Part shown: positions 48,582 through 56,763 of the stretch, one piece after another
Layout: each line of letters starts with the position of its first letter
Numbering within the stretch: position 1 is the stretch's first letter
From: Patescibacteria group bacterium
Lineage (GTDB): Bacteria; Patescibacteriota; Microgenomatia; 0-14-0-10-38-17
Direction: 5' to 3'
NCBI GenBank assembly: GCA_050947035.1
Contig: JBMNVW010000001.1
Coordinates: forward strand, 48,967 to 112,966
Length of the DNA stretch: 64,000 nucleotides
The notes under the pieces: generated by a model
Database searches by the model: none
Seen by the model: only the letters and a program-made list of their open reading frames with translations
Told to the model about the DNA's origin: nothing
Program-made: the position numbers and the translations under genes

Positions 48582-49445
48582 TTAACTGTTAACTGATCTT
48601 TGGCAGTCTGGACACCAAAAAGTACTCCGGCCACTTTGCTTGAATCTTTTTACTATTCCCTCACAACGATAACACTTTTGACCATCCCTCTGGTACACCC
48701 TAAGCTTTTCTTGATATCGGCCAGGTGAGGCATCCGGTTGAACATAGGCCTGATCAGCGGCGCTAGTTCCGCCATAACTAATTGCCTCCGACAAGATCTT
48801 CTTTATTGCCTGATGCAACTTGATAATCTCTTGCTCAGACAGGGAATTAGCCTGACGATGAGGGTCAATCCCGGCCCTGAATAAAGCTTCACTGACATAA
48901 ATATTGCCAATCCCGGCTACCACCTTCTGGTCCAAAAGAACCGTTTTTATCGCCCGCTTAGTTTGACCTAATTTATTAACCAAATATTTTTGGGTAAAGG
49001 CTTTTTTTAACGGCTCCGGACCAAATTTTGATAGCTCCCTTTTTACTTCTTTCTGATTTAATAATTTTAACCAGCCAAATTTCCTTAAATCATTAAAAAA
49101 TAGTTTTCCCCCATCGTCTAAATCAATAATTACTCGGGTAGTTTTATTGGGCAACTGATTAGCCGAAAACGGCAAGGGATGACCAACACTAACTAGTTCT
49201 TTTTCATTAGAAAGATAAATAATTTGACCCGTCATTTTGAGATGAATCAGTAAGGAAAGGCTATCAATATCAATAGCCAGTATTTTAGCTCGCCGCCAAA
49301 GACTTTTTATTTTTTGGCCAATAATTGCTTTCGGATCACCTAAAAACTGCTTTTCTTCCAAAACCTTTACTTTGGTAATTTGGCGACCGATAATCTTTTT
49401 TGTTAATTTTCTTTTGACTGTTTCTACCTCTGGTAATTCCGGCAC
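48582..49445 (-). CDS. mutM: Formamidopyrimidine-DNA glycosylase (Fpg/MutM), GTG start
   Basis: The track ORF runs to the ATG at 49571, but the conserved N-terminal PELPEVETV (catalytic Pro2) begins at the GTG at 49445..49443. The C-terminus has a CxxC...CxxC zinc finger. True product is about 287 aa. Confidence 0.85.
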   Translation of the reverse strand: MPELPEVETVKRKLTKKIIGRQITKVKVLEEKQFLGDPKAIIGQKIKSLWRRAKILAIDIDSLSLLIHLKMTGQIIYLSNEKELVSVGHPLPFSANQLPNKTTRVIIDLDDGGKLFFNDLRKFGWLKLLNQKEVKRELSKFGPEPLKKAFTQKYLVNKLGQTKRAIKTVLLDQKVVAGIGNIYVSEALFRAGIDPHRQANSLSEQEIIKLHQAIKKILSEAISYGGTSAADQAYVQPDASPGRYQEKLRVYQRDGQKCYRCEGIVKRFKQSGRSTFWCPDCQRSVNS

Positions 49446-49484
49446 AATGACAATTAAAAATTGATAATTAAAAGTTAAAAAATA

Positions 49485-49552
49485 AATGGCTAAATGGTTA
49501 TATGGCTGGCGCGCACTAAAGTGCGCTACTTCAAAAACTGAAGTGGCGGGCT
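49485..49552. other. Cluster of three GC-rich hairpins between mutM and the upstream GT4 gene (candidate terminator/structured RNA)
   Basis: GCGCAC-TAAA-GTGCGC, ACTTCA-AAAAC-TGAAGT, GCGGGCT-TT-AGCCCGC in series. Confidence 0.45.
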
Positions 49553-49628
49553 TTAGCCCGCGCTTTGGCATTAAAAAAACAATTTAACAATATAACAATT
49601 GGGTTTCGGGTTTTGCTTCATAAATAAT

Positions 49629-50747
49629 TCAGTCAAAGCTAACAACCCCACTAATAAAACCCCTAATCTTTTTTTTAAATCTTTCTTCGCTAAAGTTTTT
49701 AGCCCAAGACTGAAGAACTCTTTTGTCCCACTTTATTTTATTAAATCTCTTTATCGCCTGACTGATAGTCGAAACTTGAGTGCTATCAATTAAAATTCCA
49801 GTTTTGCCATCCTTAACCGATTCCTTAAACCCACCACCGTTGAAGGCAATTACCGGCGTTCCGGCAGCTTGAGCCTCAACAACCGTAATACCAAAATCTT
49901 CATCTTGGGCTAAGGCCAAAAAACCCTTGGCCCGAGCATAAAAATCAGCCAAAGCTTCATCAGAAACTCGACCCAAAAACTCGACTCTTCCCTGGCCAAT
50001 TTTTTCCAACTTCTTTTTAACAGTTTCATATCCGGCCGTGCCACCAATAATTTTTAAATTAAAGCCTAAATTTTTGGCGGCAACAATCGCTTCTTCCAAG
50101 CCCTTGGCCCCGACTAGGCGAGAAACAATTAAAAAATAGTCTTCTTTTTTATTTTTTTGGCTTGCTTTAATAAAGCGGTCAACCGCCACCGGTGGATAAA
50201 TAACCTTCGATTTGGCCCGATAAAATTTTTTCACCCGCTTGGCCACGTTATTGGAATTAACCAGCCAATGATCAACTCTTTGGGCTGATCGATAATCAAA
50301 TTGGCGCAAAAAGTGATTAACAACCAAACCATAAACCCGAACCGGCCAATATTTTTGCCAATCTCGACTAGTCTGATAACCATATAAAAACCTGGGCGGA
50401 GTATGACAATAAGCAACAATTTTAGTCGTCGGCCCAACTCGAAAACCTCGAGCAAAATAACCAGAACAAGAGGTGATCACCAAATCATAAGCGGACAAGT
50501 CCAGGCTTTTCCAAATTTGGGGAACAAGAAAGCGCAAGGGACTGTAAAGATTTTTTTTCTTAATTAAGCTGGCCCAAGAACTTTCAATAATCTTCCGATC
50601 GGCAAAAGATCGAGCCGCCAAAGAATCTTGATTGGCAAAAGCTGTATAAATCGGTGCCTGAGGAAAGATATCACACAGGGCCCGCAAAACTCTCTCGGCA
50701 CCACCAAATTCCTTTAAATAATCATGGATTAGAGCAACTTTTACCAT
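49629..50747 (-). CDS. Glycosyltransferase family 4 (GT-B)
   Basis: 372 aa; C-terminal E-x7-E region (GITVVEAQAAGTPVIAF). Confidence 0.8.
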   Translation of the reverse strand: MVKVALIHDYLKEFGGAERVLRALCDIFPQAPIYTAFANQDSLAARSFADRKIIESSWASLIKKKNLYSPLRFLVPQIWKSLDLSAYDLVITSCSGYFARGFRVGPTTKIVAYCHTPPRFLYGYQTSRDWQKYWPVRVYGLVVNHFLRQFDYRSAQRVDHWLVNSNNVAKRVKKFYRAKSKVIYPPVAVDRFIKASQKNKKEDYFLIVSRLVGAKGLEEAIVAAKNLGFNLKIIGGTAGYETVKKKLEKIGQGRVEFLGRVSDEALADFYARAKGFLALAQDEDFGITVVEAQAAGTPVIAFNGGGFKESVKDGKTGILIDSTQVSTISQAIKRFNKIKWDKRVLQSWAKNFSEERFKKKIRGFISGVVSFD

Positions 50748-50752
50748 TTTTT

Positions 50753-51637
50753 TTAAAATAAGTTCATCTGCTGGTCTTTTTTCTCTAAATCGGCCAAAAG
50801 AGAACGAAAACCCAAAAAAGAAAAAGCCAACCTTAGTTGTTCGGTATCAACCCTATCCAGCCGATATTCTTCTAAATTAATTTTAATCGGTACTTGGCAA
50901 TCAATTTTAGCTAAATCAGCCGATAAAAAAACATCATCTTTATAATCAACCAATTTTTCCCTTACCGCTGGTGAGTCAACCTTATCAAGATCATTATAAA
51001 TTGCTTTTATCGTTCCAAAATGATTTAACAGCTTGGCTCCGGTTTTGGGACCAATGCCCAGAGCGCCGGGATAATTGTCGGAATTATCACCCACCAACCC
51101 CTTATAATCAACCACTTGATCAGGCCTAACGTCTAAATCTTTCTTTACCTGAGATGGCCCAACAATTTGACCAGTGGATAGACCATTCTTAGGTAAAAAC
51201 AAACTAACCCGATCATTAACCAATTGCATTAAATCTTTGTCACCGGTAACAATTAAAACCGGCAATTTCTTGCTTACCTTTTTGGCAACCGTCCCGATAA
51301 CATCATCAGCTTCAAAACCCTCTTTTTGCTTGTTGGCAATTTTGGCTCGGTTAAGAATCTCCCCCACTAAAATAATTTGATCAACCAGCTTTTTGTCAGC
51401 TTTTGGTCGTTTGGCCTGGTAACCAACAAATTTTTCATGACGAAAGTTGGGTCCCGGAGCATCAAGGGCCACTAAAAAATATTTCGGAGAAAAATTGTCC
51501 CAAAGACGAAAAAGCATTTTAAAAAACCCATAAACCGCTCCTGTCGGCTGACCATCAGGAGAAGTTAGAGCGGGCAGGGCGTGAAAGGCTCGATGCAAAA
51601 CGGCGTGGCCGTCAACAATAATAAACTTTTTATTCAT
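50753..51637 (-). CDS. Stand-alone 5'-3' exonuclease (Pol I N-terminal/FEN-like)
   Basis: FIIVDGHAVLHRAFHALP... and EADDVIGT motifs. The start is reset to Met17 (51637) because the longer ORF would overlap ftsH by 56 nt. Confidence 0.8.
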   Translation of the reverse strand: MNKKFIIVDGHAVLHRAFHALPALTSPDGQPTGAVYGFFKMLFRLWDNFSPKYFLVALDAPGPNFRHEKFVGYQAKRPKADKKLVDQIILVGEILNRAKIANKQKEGFEADDVIGTVAKKVSKKLPVLIVTGDKDLMQLVNDRVSLFLPKNGLSTGQIVGPSQVKKDLDVRPDQVVDYKGLVGDNSDNYPGALGIGPKTGAKLLNHFGTIKAIYNDLDKVDSPAVREKLVDYKDDVFLSADLAKIDCQVPIKINLEEYRLDRVDTEQLRLAFSFLGFRSLLADLEKKDQQMNLF

Positions 51638-53504
51638 TGGCGTTTTTCTTTTTGCCAACCACCTTTTCAAATTCAGTTTGATCAAGAGTTTCTTTGGCTA
51701 ATAATTCTTTGGCTAATTTTGCCAAAACTTGCTTGTCTCCTTTTAATAATTTTTTGGCTTGCTGATAAGCCCGGTTAATAATTGTCTCTATTTCTTTATC
51801 AATTCTGGCTTTCATTTTGGCCGAAACAGGATCAATTATTGACCATTCACCTTCTTCGCCTTGGCTATCCCAAGTAACCGGACCCAAAGAGCCCATACCA
51901 AAATCAACCACCATTTTCCGCGCCAATTGATTGGCTTTTTTAATATCATCAGTGGCCCCAGTAGTCATTTCTGAAAAAATTAACTCTTCAGCCGCTCGTC
52001 CCCCCAACAAAACTGATATCCTTTCCATTAGTCGGCTTTTTGTCTCTTGGGTCCGATCTTGAACCGGCGAAATCATCGTGTGGCCCAAAGTAAGGCCTCG
52101 GGCTACAATTGAGACTCGCCCAATCGGATCAACATTGGGCAAAAGATGAGCAATTAAGGCATGGCCCGACTCGTGATAAGCGGCAATTTCGCGTTCTTTT
52201 TTACTCTGCAATCTTTTTCTTTGTGGACCCAGTTTAACTTTGGTAGCCGCTTCTTGCAAATCCTCCATTTCGATTGATTTTTTATTCCCCCTAGCCGCTA
52301 AAATTGCCGCTTCATTGAGCATGTTTTCTAAATCAGCACCAGAAAAGCCCACCGTTTGCTTGGCAATTCTGTCCCAATCAACCGACTTAGCAAATGGTTT
52401 GCCTTGAGCATGAATTTTCAAAATTGCTCCTCGCCCCTGAATATCAGGCATATCCAAAACCACTCGCCGATCAAAACGACCCGGACGAAGTAGAGCCGAA
52501 TCTAAAAGATCGGGCCGATTGGAAGCCCCAATGACAATCACATTATCATTAGGCGAAAAGCCGTCCATCTCCACCAACATCTGATTTAGAGTTTGTTCCC
52601 TTTCGTCATGGCCACTACTGACGGTGCGGGATCGGGACCGACCAATGCTTTCAATTTCGTCAATAAAAATAATGGCGGGGGCGTTTTTCTTGGCCGTTTC
52701 AAACAAATCGCGCATTCTGGCCGAACCAACTCCAACCAACATCTCCATAAATTCTGAACCGGCCATAGAATAAAAAGGAACACTGGCTTCTCCGGCTACC
52801 GCCCGGGCCAACAGGGTCTTTCCTGTTCCTGGCGGCCCAACTAAAAGAACCCCCTTGGGGGTTCTGGCTCCCAGGCGCCGATATTTGGCCGGATTTTTTA
52901 AAAAATCAACTACTTCTTCTAGTTCTCTTTTAGCCTCATCAACACCAGCCACATCACCAAAAGTGGCATCCTGCTTACCTTTAAAAAACTGTTTTGCTTT
53001 CGACTTCCCAAAAGAAAAAATTGAATTTTGCGCTCCTTTAGCCTGTTTAAAGGTGTAGTAAAAAAAGCCGCCAATCAAAACCAGGGGAACAATAGTAAGA
53101 AGAACATCAATCCAAACCTGAGAAAGGGTTTCGTCTTTTACCTTAATCTCCAGGCTTGAAGGATCAACTCCTTCTTGCTGTAAGATACTAACCAAGCTTT
53201 CGCCTGATTCTTTTCTGGTTGTTACCAAAGACTCATCCTGATAATAAAGACTAATTTGGTTGCCGGAAATTTCCGCTTCTTCAACTTTTTCATTCTTAAT
53301 ATCAGACAGAGCCTGAGAAAAAGGAATTTCTTCCGGTGAAACAGTAAAGCTCGCCAAAGCTCCCAAAAGCCAAAAAATTAAAAATATAGCTAATATCCAA
53401 GTAAAAATCTTCTTAAGATTAATTTTTATCTCCACCTTTTTAAATTTTTTTTGAGAAAATTTTGAAATCGGGGTCTTTTTTTTCTCTTTTTTAGCCATGG
53501 ACAT
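51630..53504 (-). CDS. ftsH: ATP-dependent zinc metalloprotease FtsH
   Basis: 624 aa; two N-terminal TM helices, AAA module ([18 protein letters not shown]), HESGHAL zinc site. Confidence 0.97.
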   Translation of the reverse strand: MSMAKKEKKKTPISKFSQKKFKKVEIKINLKKIFTWILAIFLIFWLLGALASFTVSPEEIPFSQALSDIKNEKVEEAEISGNQISLYYQDESLVTTRKESGESLVSILQQEGVDPSSLEIKVKDETLSQVWIDVLLTIVPLVLIGGFFYYTFKQAKGAQNSIFSFGKSKAKQFFKGKQDATFGDVAGVDEAKRELEEVVDFLKNPAKYRRLGARTPKGVLLVGPPGTGKTLLARAVAGEASVPFYSMAGSEFMEMLVGVGSARMRDLFETAKKNAPAIIFIDEIESIGRSRSRTVSSGHDEREQTLNQMLVEMDGFSPNDNVIVIGASNRPDLLDSALLRPGRFDRRVVLDMPDIQGRGAILKIHAQGKPFAKSVDWDRIAKQTVGFSGADLENMLNEAAILAARGNKKSIEMEDLQEAATKVKLGPQRKRLQSKKEREIAAYHESGHALIAHLLPNVDPIGRVSIVARGLTLGHTMISPVQDRTQETKSRLMERISVLLGGRAAEELIFSEMTTGATDDIKKANQLARKMVVDFGMGSLGPVTWDSQGEEGEWSIIDPVSAKMKARIDKEIETIINRAYQQAKKLLKGDKQVLAKLAKELLAKETLDQTEFEKVVGKKKNANE

Positions 53505-53571
53505 ATTGTATCAAATCAGCCACCAATAAAGTAGAGTTTCTTTTCTTAAAATATCTAGTAAATACCCCATT

Positions 53572-53636
53572 TCTAAAGGTCCGAAGCTATTTGACCCTAA
53601 GGGTCGGTTTGGTTTTGGACCCTAAGGGTCGGATTT
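53572..53636. repeat. REP-like element, copy G (variant with duplicated inner palindrome)
   Basis: TCTAAAGGTCCGAAGCTATTTGACCCTAAGGGTCGG...GGACCCTAAGGGTCGGATTTTC; has the left arm plus two copies of GACCCTAAGGGTCGG and no right arm. Confidence 0.7.
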
Positions 53637-53677
53637 TCTTTTAATAGCCGCCCTTTATGCTATAATATTTTTTGACG

Positions 53678-53747
53678 TGCGGGGTAGTGTACGGTGGCAC
53701 GTGAGGCTCATAATCTCACAGATCAGGTTCAACTCCTGACCCCGCAA
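53678..53747 (+). tRNA. tRNA with CAT anticodon (Met elongator or Ile2-lysidine type; not initiator-like)
   Basis: Acceptor TGCGGGG/CCCCGCA, short D-arm, anticodon stem TGAGG/TCTCA with loop CTCATAA (CAT), T-arm TCAGG-TTCAACT-CCTGA, discriminator A, no encoded CCA. A TATAAT -10 lies at 53661..53666. Confidence 0.7.
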
Positions 53748-53781
53748 CACTAGTCTTTAGTCGTTAGTCATTGGTCGTTGG
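53728..53781 (+). repeat. 54-bp perfect direct repeat, copy 1 (3' 20 nt of tRNA-CAT plus 34 nt of flank)
   Basis: TTCAACTCCTGACCCCGCAACACTAGTCTTTAGTCGTTAGTCATTGGTCGTTGG. Confidence 0.9.
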
Positions 53782-53933
53782 CAATTTGAAAAGTAAATAA
53801 TTAAGGCCTATTTAAGGCTTAGGGGCTCAGGTGGTGAACCTGATAAAGGATTCCTAAATTAACGCGGCACCTTAACTAACAGTCGTGGTGTTATTACACC
53901 AACCAGCGAGGAAAGAAAAAGGAGCGTGTCGTC

Positions 53934-53987
53934 TTCAACTCCTGACCCCGCAACACTAGTCTTTAGTCGTTAGTCATTGGTCGTTGG
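53934..53987 (+). repeat. 54-bp perfect direct repeat, copy 2 (not associated with a complete tRNA)
   Basis: Identical 54-mer 206 bp downstream of copy 1; the upstream context cannot form the tRNA 5' half. Confidence 0.9.
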
Positions 53988-54014
53988 TTCCTGATACTTT
54001 TTCTCTTTCCGAAA

Positions 54015-54383
54015 ATGTATAAATTCGAAAAATTAAGGGTTTGGCAATCGGCGATGGATTTGGTAGTTGAAGTTTACAAATTCACAAAACAGCTACCCAA
54101 AGAGGAAACTTATGGCCTAAGAGACCAAATAAGAAGAGCAAGCGTTTCTATTGCTTTAAACATTGCCGAAGGGACGGGAGATAAAAGCGACAAAGAATTA
54201 ATAAGATATCTTTATTTATCTAAAAAGTCTCTTTTTGAAACAATAACCGGATTAAAGCTTACTCAAAGAATTTATCAACTAAAGCCAGAACAAATTTTAA
54301 AAAATTGCGATAACCTTGGTAGATCGCTTCAAGCTTTAATAAACTCTTTATCTAAAAGCCAAAAACTAAAGACTAACGACTAA
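54015..54383 (+). CDS. Four-helix-bundle protein (TIGR02436 / 23S rRNA intervening-sequence protein family; Avd-like)
   Basis: 122 aa, MYKFEKLRVWQSAMDLVVEVYKFTKQLPKEETYGLRDQIRRASVSIALNIAEGTG.... The family signature is unmistakable. Confidence 0.8.
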   Translation: MYKFEKLRVWQSAMDLVVEVYKFTKQLPKEETYGLRDQIRRASVSIALNIAEGTGDKSDKELIRYLYLSKKSLFETITGLKLTQRIYQLKPEQILKNCDNLGRSLQALINSLSKSQKLKTND

Positions 54384-54400
54384 AGACCAAGGACTAACCT

Positions 54401-54474
54401 GGCAGGGTAGCTCAGGTGGTTAGAGCAGGCGAATCATAACCGTCAGGTCGTCGGTTCAACTCCGACCCCTGCCA
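54401..54474 (+). tRNA. tRNA with CAT anticodon (second, distinct species)
   Basis: Acceptor GGCAGGG/CCCTGCC, D-arm GCTC-AGGTGGTTA-GAGC, anticodon stem GGCGA/CCGTC (A31.C39 mismatch) with loop ATCATAA, T-arm GTCGG-TTCAACT-CCGAC, discriminator A, followed by a T5 run. Confidence 0.7.
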
Positions 54475-54478
54475 CTTT

Positions 54479-54826
54479 TTAAAAAAATAATTCCCACCAC
54501 TGGCGCCAATTGGGGACTGGACTAATTTCTTGACTATCAGCCTCATTTTGCCAGAGAATATCTTGAGGTAAGATTAAAATTGTTTCATCTTTTGTCAATC
54601 CCAAACTATTACGCGCTTCTTGCTCCAAGAATTCATCGGTTTTAATATAATCAAGGTGGGCCCTAAGCTGTTCGTTTTTTTCTTGTAAGGCCTCTAGTTC
54701 TTGGTGTTCTTTTCTAACCACCAAGCCGCGACTAATAAGATTGACAGTATTAGTGCCCAAAGAAATAATAACAAAAATTAAAAATATCAATAGTAGAATC
54801 TTAAAGGTCTTCTTTATGGTTGACAT
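54479..54826 (-). CDS. Septum formation initiator (FtsB/DivIC-like) protein
   Basis: About 115 aa from the internal Met (MSTIKKTFKILLLIFLIFVII...): one TM, a coiled coil (EHQELEALQEKNEQLRAHLDYIKTDEFLEQEARNSLGL) and a C-terminal tail. Confidence 0.55.
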   Translation of the reverse strand: MSTIKKTFKILLLIFLIFVIISLGTNTVNLISRGLVVRKEHQELEALQEKNEQLRAHLDYIKTDEFLEQEARNSLGLTKDETILILPQDILWQNEADSQEISPVPNWRQWWELFF

Positions 54827-54950
54827 ATGGGCCGATCCAGTGTTATTATAAGCCATACTTGAGCTAAAACCTCTTCGCTTGAAAAATTTTCTTATTTTGT
54901 CAAGAAAAAGCCAAGAAAAAGCCAAGAAAAAAATTAAATCTTACTAAAAA

Positions 54951-55823
54951 ATGAACAGCAATCTTACTTCTTTTGACGGGGCCATAGACAAATTTTTAAC
55001 CCACCTAAAAAACGAAAATCGCTCCAGCAACACTATCATAGCATACGAAAACGACCTTAAGCAGTTGGCGGACTTTATCAGGCCCCAAAAAATTACCGAA
55101 ATCGATCAGGTCAAGACCGACCACATTAAAGCCTTTAAAAACCATCTTTTAGAAGAAAAAAAATACACCAACAAAACCGTTTCCCGCAAACTAAACTCAA
55201 TTAAATCTTTCTTCCGCTTCTTAACTAATTCTGCCGTTATTAAAAAAGACCCGGCCGACGATATTGCCCACCCAAAAATTAAACAAAAACTGCCCCGAAT
55301 TCTTTCTCCTCTAGAATACCGAGCCCTAAGAGATGTCTGCCGAGACGACTCCCGAAGTTATGCCATTATCGAGCTGATGCTTCAGGCCGGTTTACGAATT
55401 TCGGAAGTGGCCAATTTGGAAATAGCCGATATCCAAGAAGACAAAATCATCATCCGCCCTTACGAGTCTCACGATGGACGAGTAATCCCTCTTAACAAGG
55501 CCGCCAAAAGAGCGATTGAGGACTATTTGGAGGAACGACCCAAAACTAGAAAATCAAATAACTTGTTTATTACCAAAAACGGCAACCCTTTGTTAGTAAG
55601 AAACATTAGAAACAGCATTAACCGCTATTTTAAAATCGCCGAAATTACCGATGTTTATGTTAATAATTTGCGGGACACTTTTGTCGTCCAGCAATTAAAG
55701 GCCGGCGTTCCTTTAAATGTTGTCTCCCAAATTATCGGCCACAAACGAGTCTCCTCAACCGAAAAATACCTAGAACTAGTCGAAGAAAAAGAAACTGACA
55801 ACGTTAAGCTAAAAGAGCTCTAA
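54951..55823 (+). CDS. Tyrosine recombinase (XerC/XerD-like / phage-integrase family)
   Basis: 290 aa; N-terminal core-binding domain, C-terminal catalytic domain with R...HxxR...Y (IGHKRVSSTEKYLEL). Confidence 0.75.
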   Translation: MNSNLTSFDGAIDKFLTHLKNENRSSNTIIAYENDLKQLADFIRPQKITEIDQVKTDHIKAFKNHLLEEKKYTNKTVSRKLNSIKSFFRFLTNSAVIKKDPADDIAHPKIKQKLPRILSPLEYRALRDVCRDDSRSYAIIELMLQAGLRISEVANLEIADIQEDKIIIRPYESHDGRVIPLNKAAKRAIEDYLEERPKTRKSNNLFITKNGNPLLVRNIRNSINRYFKIAEITDVYVNNLRDTFVVQQLKAGVPLNVVSQIIGHKRVSSTEKYLELVEEKETDNVKLKEL

Positions 55824-56564
55824 AGATATCCCTACCGGGCAATGATCAGAACCCAAAATTTTGGGTAAAATAAAAGCCTTCTTAACCTCTTTTTTTAAGT
55901 CTTGGCTGACAAAACAATAATCTATTCGCCAACCAACATTCCTTTCCCTTGCCCGGGCAAAATAAGCCCAAAAAGAATAATTGTTTCCCTCTTTATTAAA
56001 CATTCTAAAAGTATCTACAAAACCCAAATCCAAAAGTTGGTCAATCTTTTTCCTTTCTTCCGGAGTGAAACCAGTATTGTTTTTGTTTTCTTGCGGCCTA
56101 GCCAAATCAATCGCTTTATGGGCAATGTTAAAATCACCAATCAAAATCAGCCTTTTTTTATTTTTAATATAATCAAAAAGTTTATCGTAAGTTTTAAGTT
56201 TATAAGCCATGTCCTGTTTTTGCCGGCCGCCGTTGGGTAAATATAAATTCATTATATTAAAGTCGGCAAATTCTAATTCTATTAACCGGCCCTCATTATC
56301 AAAACGATCAAGGCCTAAGCTTTTGTTTGTTGGCTTTGGCTCTTTTTTAGAATAAACGGCTGTACCGCTATAGCCGGGCCTTTGGGCCGGATTTAGAATT
56401 AATTGATAACCGGCAACCTCAAGAAGATCAGTCGGCAATTGCTCTCTTTTGGCTTTAATTTCTTGAAGGCCGATAATATCGGGGTCAATCTTTTTTAAGC
56501 TAGCAAGAAAGTTTTTTCGATAAACTGCCCTTAGGCCATTGATGTTCCAAGAAACAATTTTCAT
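55809..56564 (-). CDS. xth: Exodeoxyribonuclease III
   Basis: The conserved start MKIVSWNINGLRAV is at 56564 (the track ORF extends further 5'). The EEP-nuclease motifs continue through to SDHCPV. Confidence 0.9.
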   Translation of the reverse strand: MKIVSWNINGLRAVYRKNFLASLKKIDPDIIGLQEIKAKREQLPTDLLEVAGYQLILNPAQRPGYSGTAVYSKKEPKPTNKSLGLDRFDNEGRLIELEFADFNIMNLYLPNGGRQKQDMAYKLKTYDKLFDYIKNKKRLILIGDFNIAHKAIDLARPQENKNNTGFTPEERKKIDQLLDLGFVDTFRMFNKEGNNYSFWAYFARARERNVGWRIDYCFVSQDLKKEVKKAFILPKILGSDHCPVGISLELF

Positions 56565-56648
56565 ATCACCAAAAACAAACAACTGAATTGTCCAAAGTAA
56601 ATAAACCAATGGAGGATGGTAAGGACGAAACGAACACAATACCCCCAG

Positions 56649-56723
56649 TGGGTCAGGGTGGATTCGAACCACCGAACCTCGATTTTATAAGAATCGCGCT
56701 CTTACCAACTGAGCTACTGACCC
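56649..56723 (-). tRNA. tRNA-Ile (TAT anticodon, AUA-reading)
   Basis: Minus-strand sequence GGGTCAG-TA-GCTC-AGTTGGTAA-GAGC-G-CGATT-CTTATAA-AATCG-...-GGTGG-TTCGAAT-CCACC-CTGACCC-A. The anticodon loop has U33, TAT at 34-36 and A37. Confidence 0.65.
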
Positions 56724-56763
56724 AAAAGACTGGCTTTCCCCATATTATACCCGAAAAAGGGGA

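Noticed and set aside
49485-49552. Triple hairpin as a tRNA
   Set aside because: The stems follow each other without the acceptor/D/anticodon/T spacing, and there is no conserved T-loop or anticodon-loop pattern.
51630-51685. 56-nt overlap between the 5'-3' exonuclease and ftsH
   Set aside because: It results from choosing the most upstream ATG. The conserved exonuclease N-terminus starts at Met17 (51637), which removes the overlap.
53786-53990. tmRNA or second tRNA formed by GGGGCTCAGG... (53822) with the second copy of the tRNA 3' end
   Set aside because: The 5' segment forms its own hairpin (TCAGG-TGGTGAA-CCTGA). Acceptor pairing with CCTGACCCCGCA is imperfect, the length (about 165 nt) is far too short for tmRNA, and no tag-peptide reading frame or pseudoknots are evident.
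54015-54383. Diversity-generating retroelement (DGR) hypothesis, because the four-helix-bundle protein belongs to the Avd-like / 23S IVS protein family
   Set aside because: There is no reverse transcriptase anywhere in the window. The only nearby repeat pair (54-bp) is perfectly identical rather than showing adenine-specific TR/VR mismatches, and no C-type-lectin-fold target gene is adjacent. Stand-alone members of this family are common.
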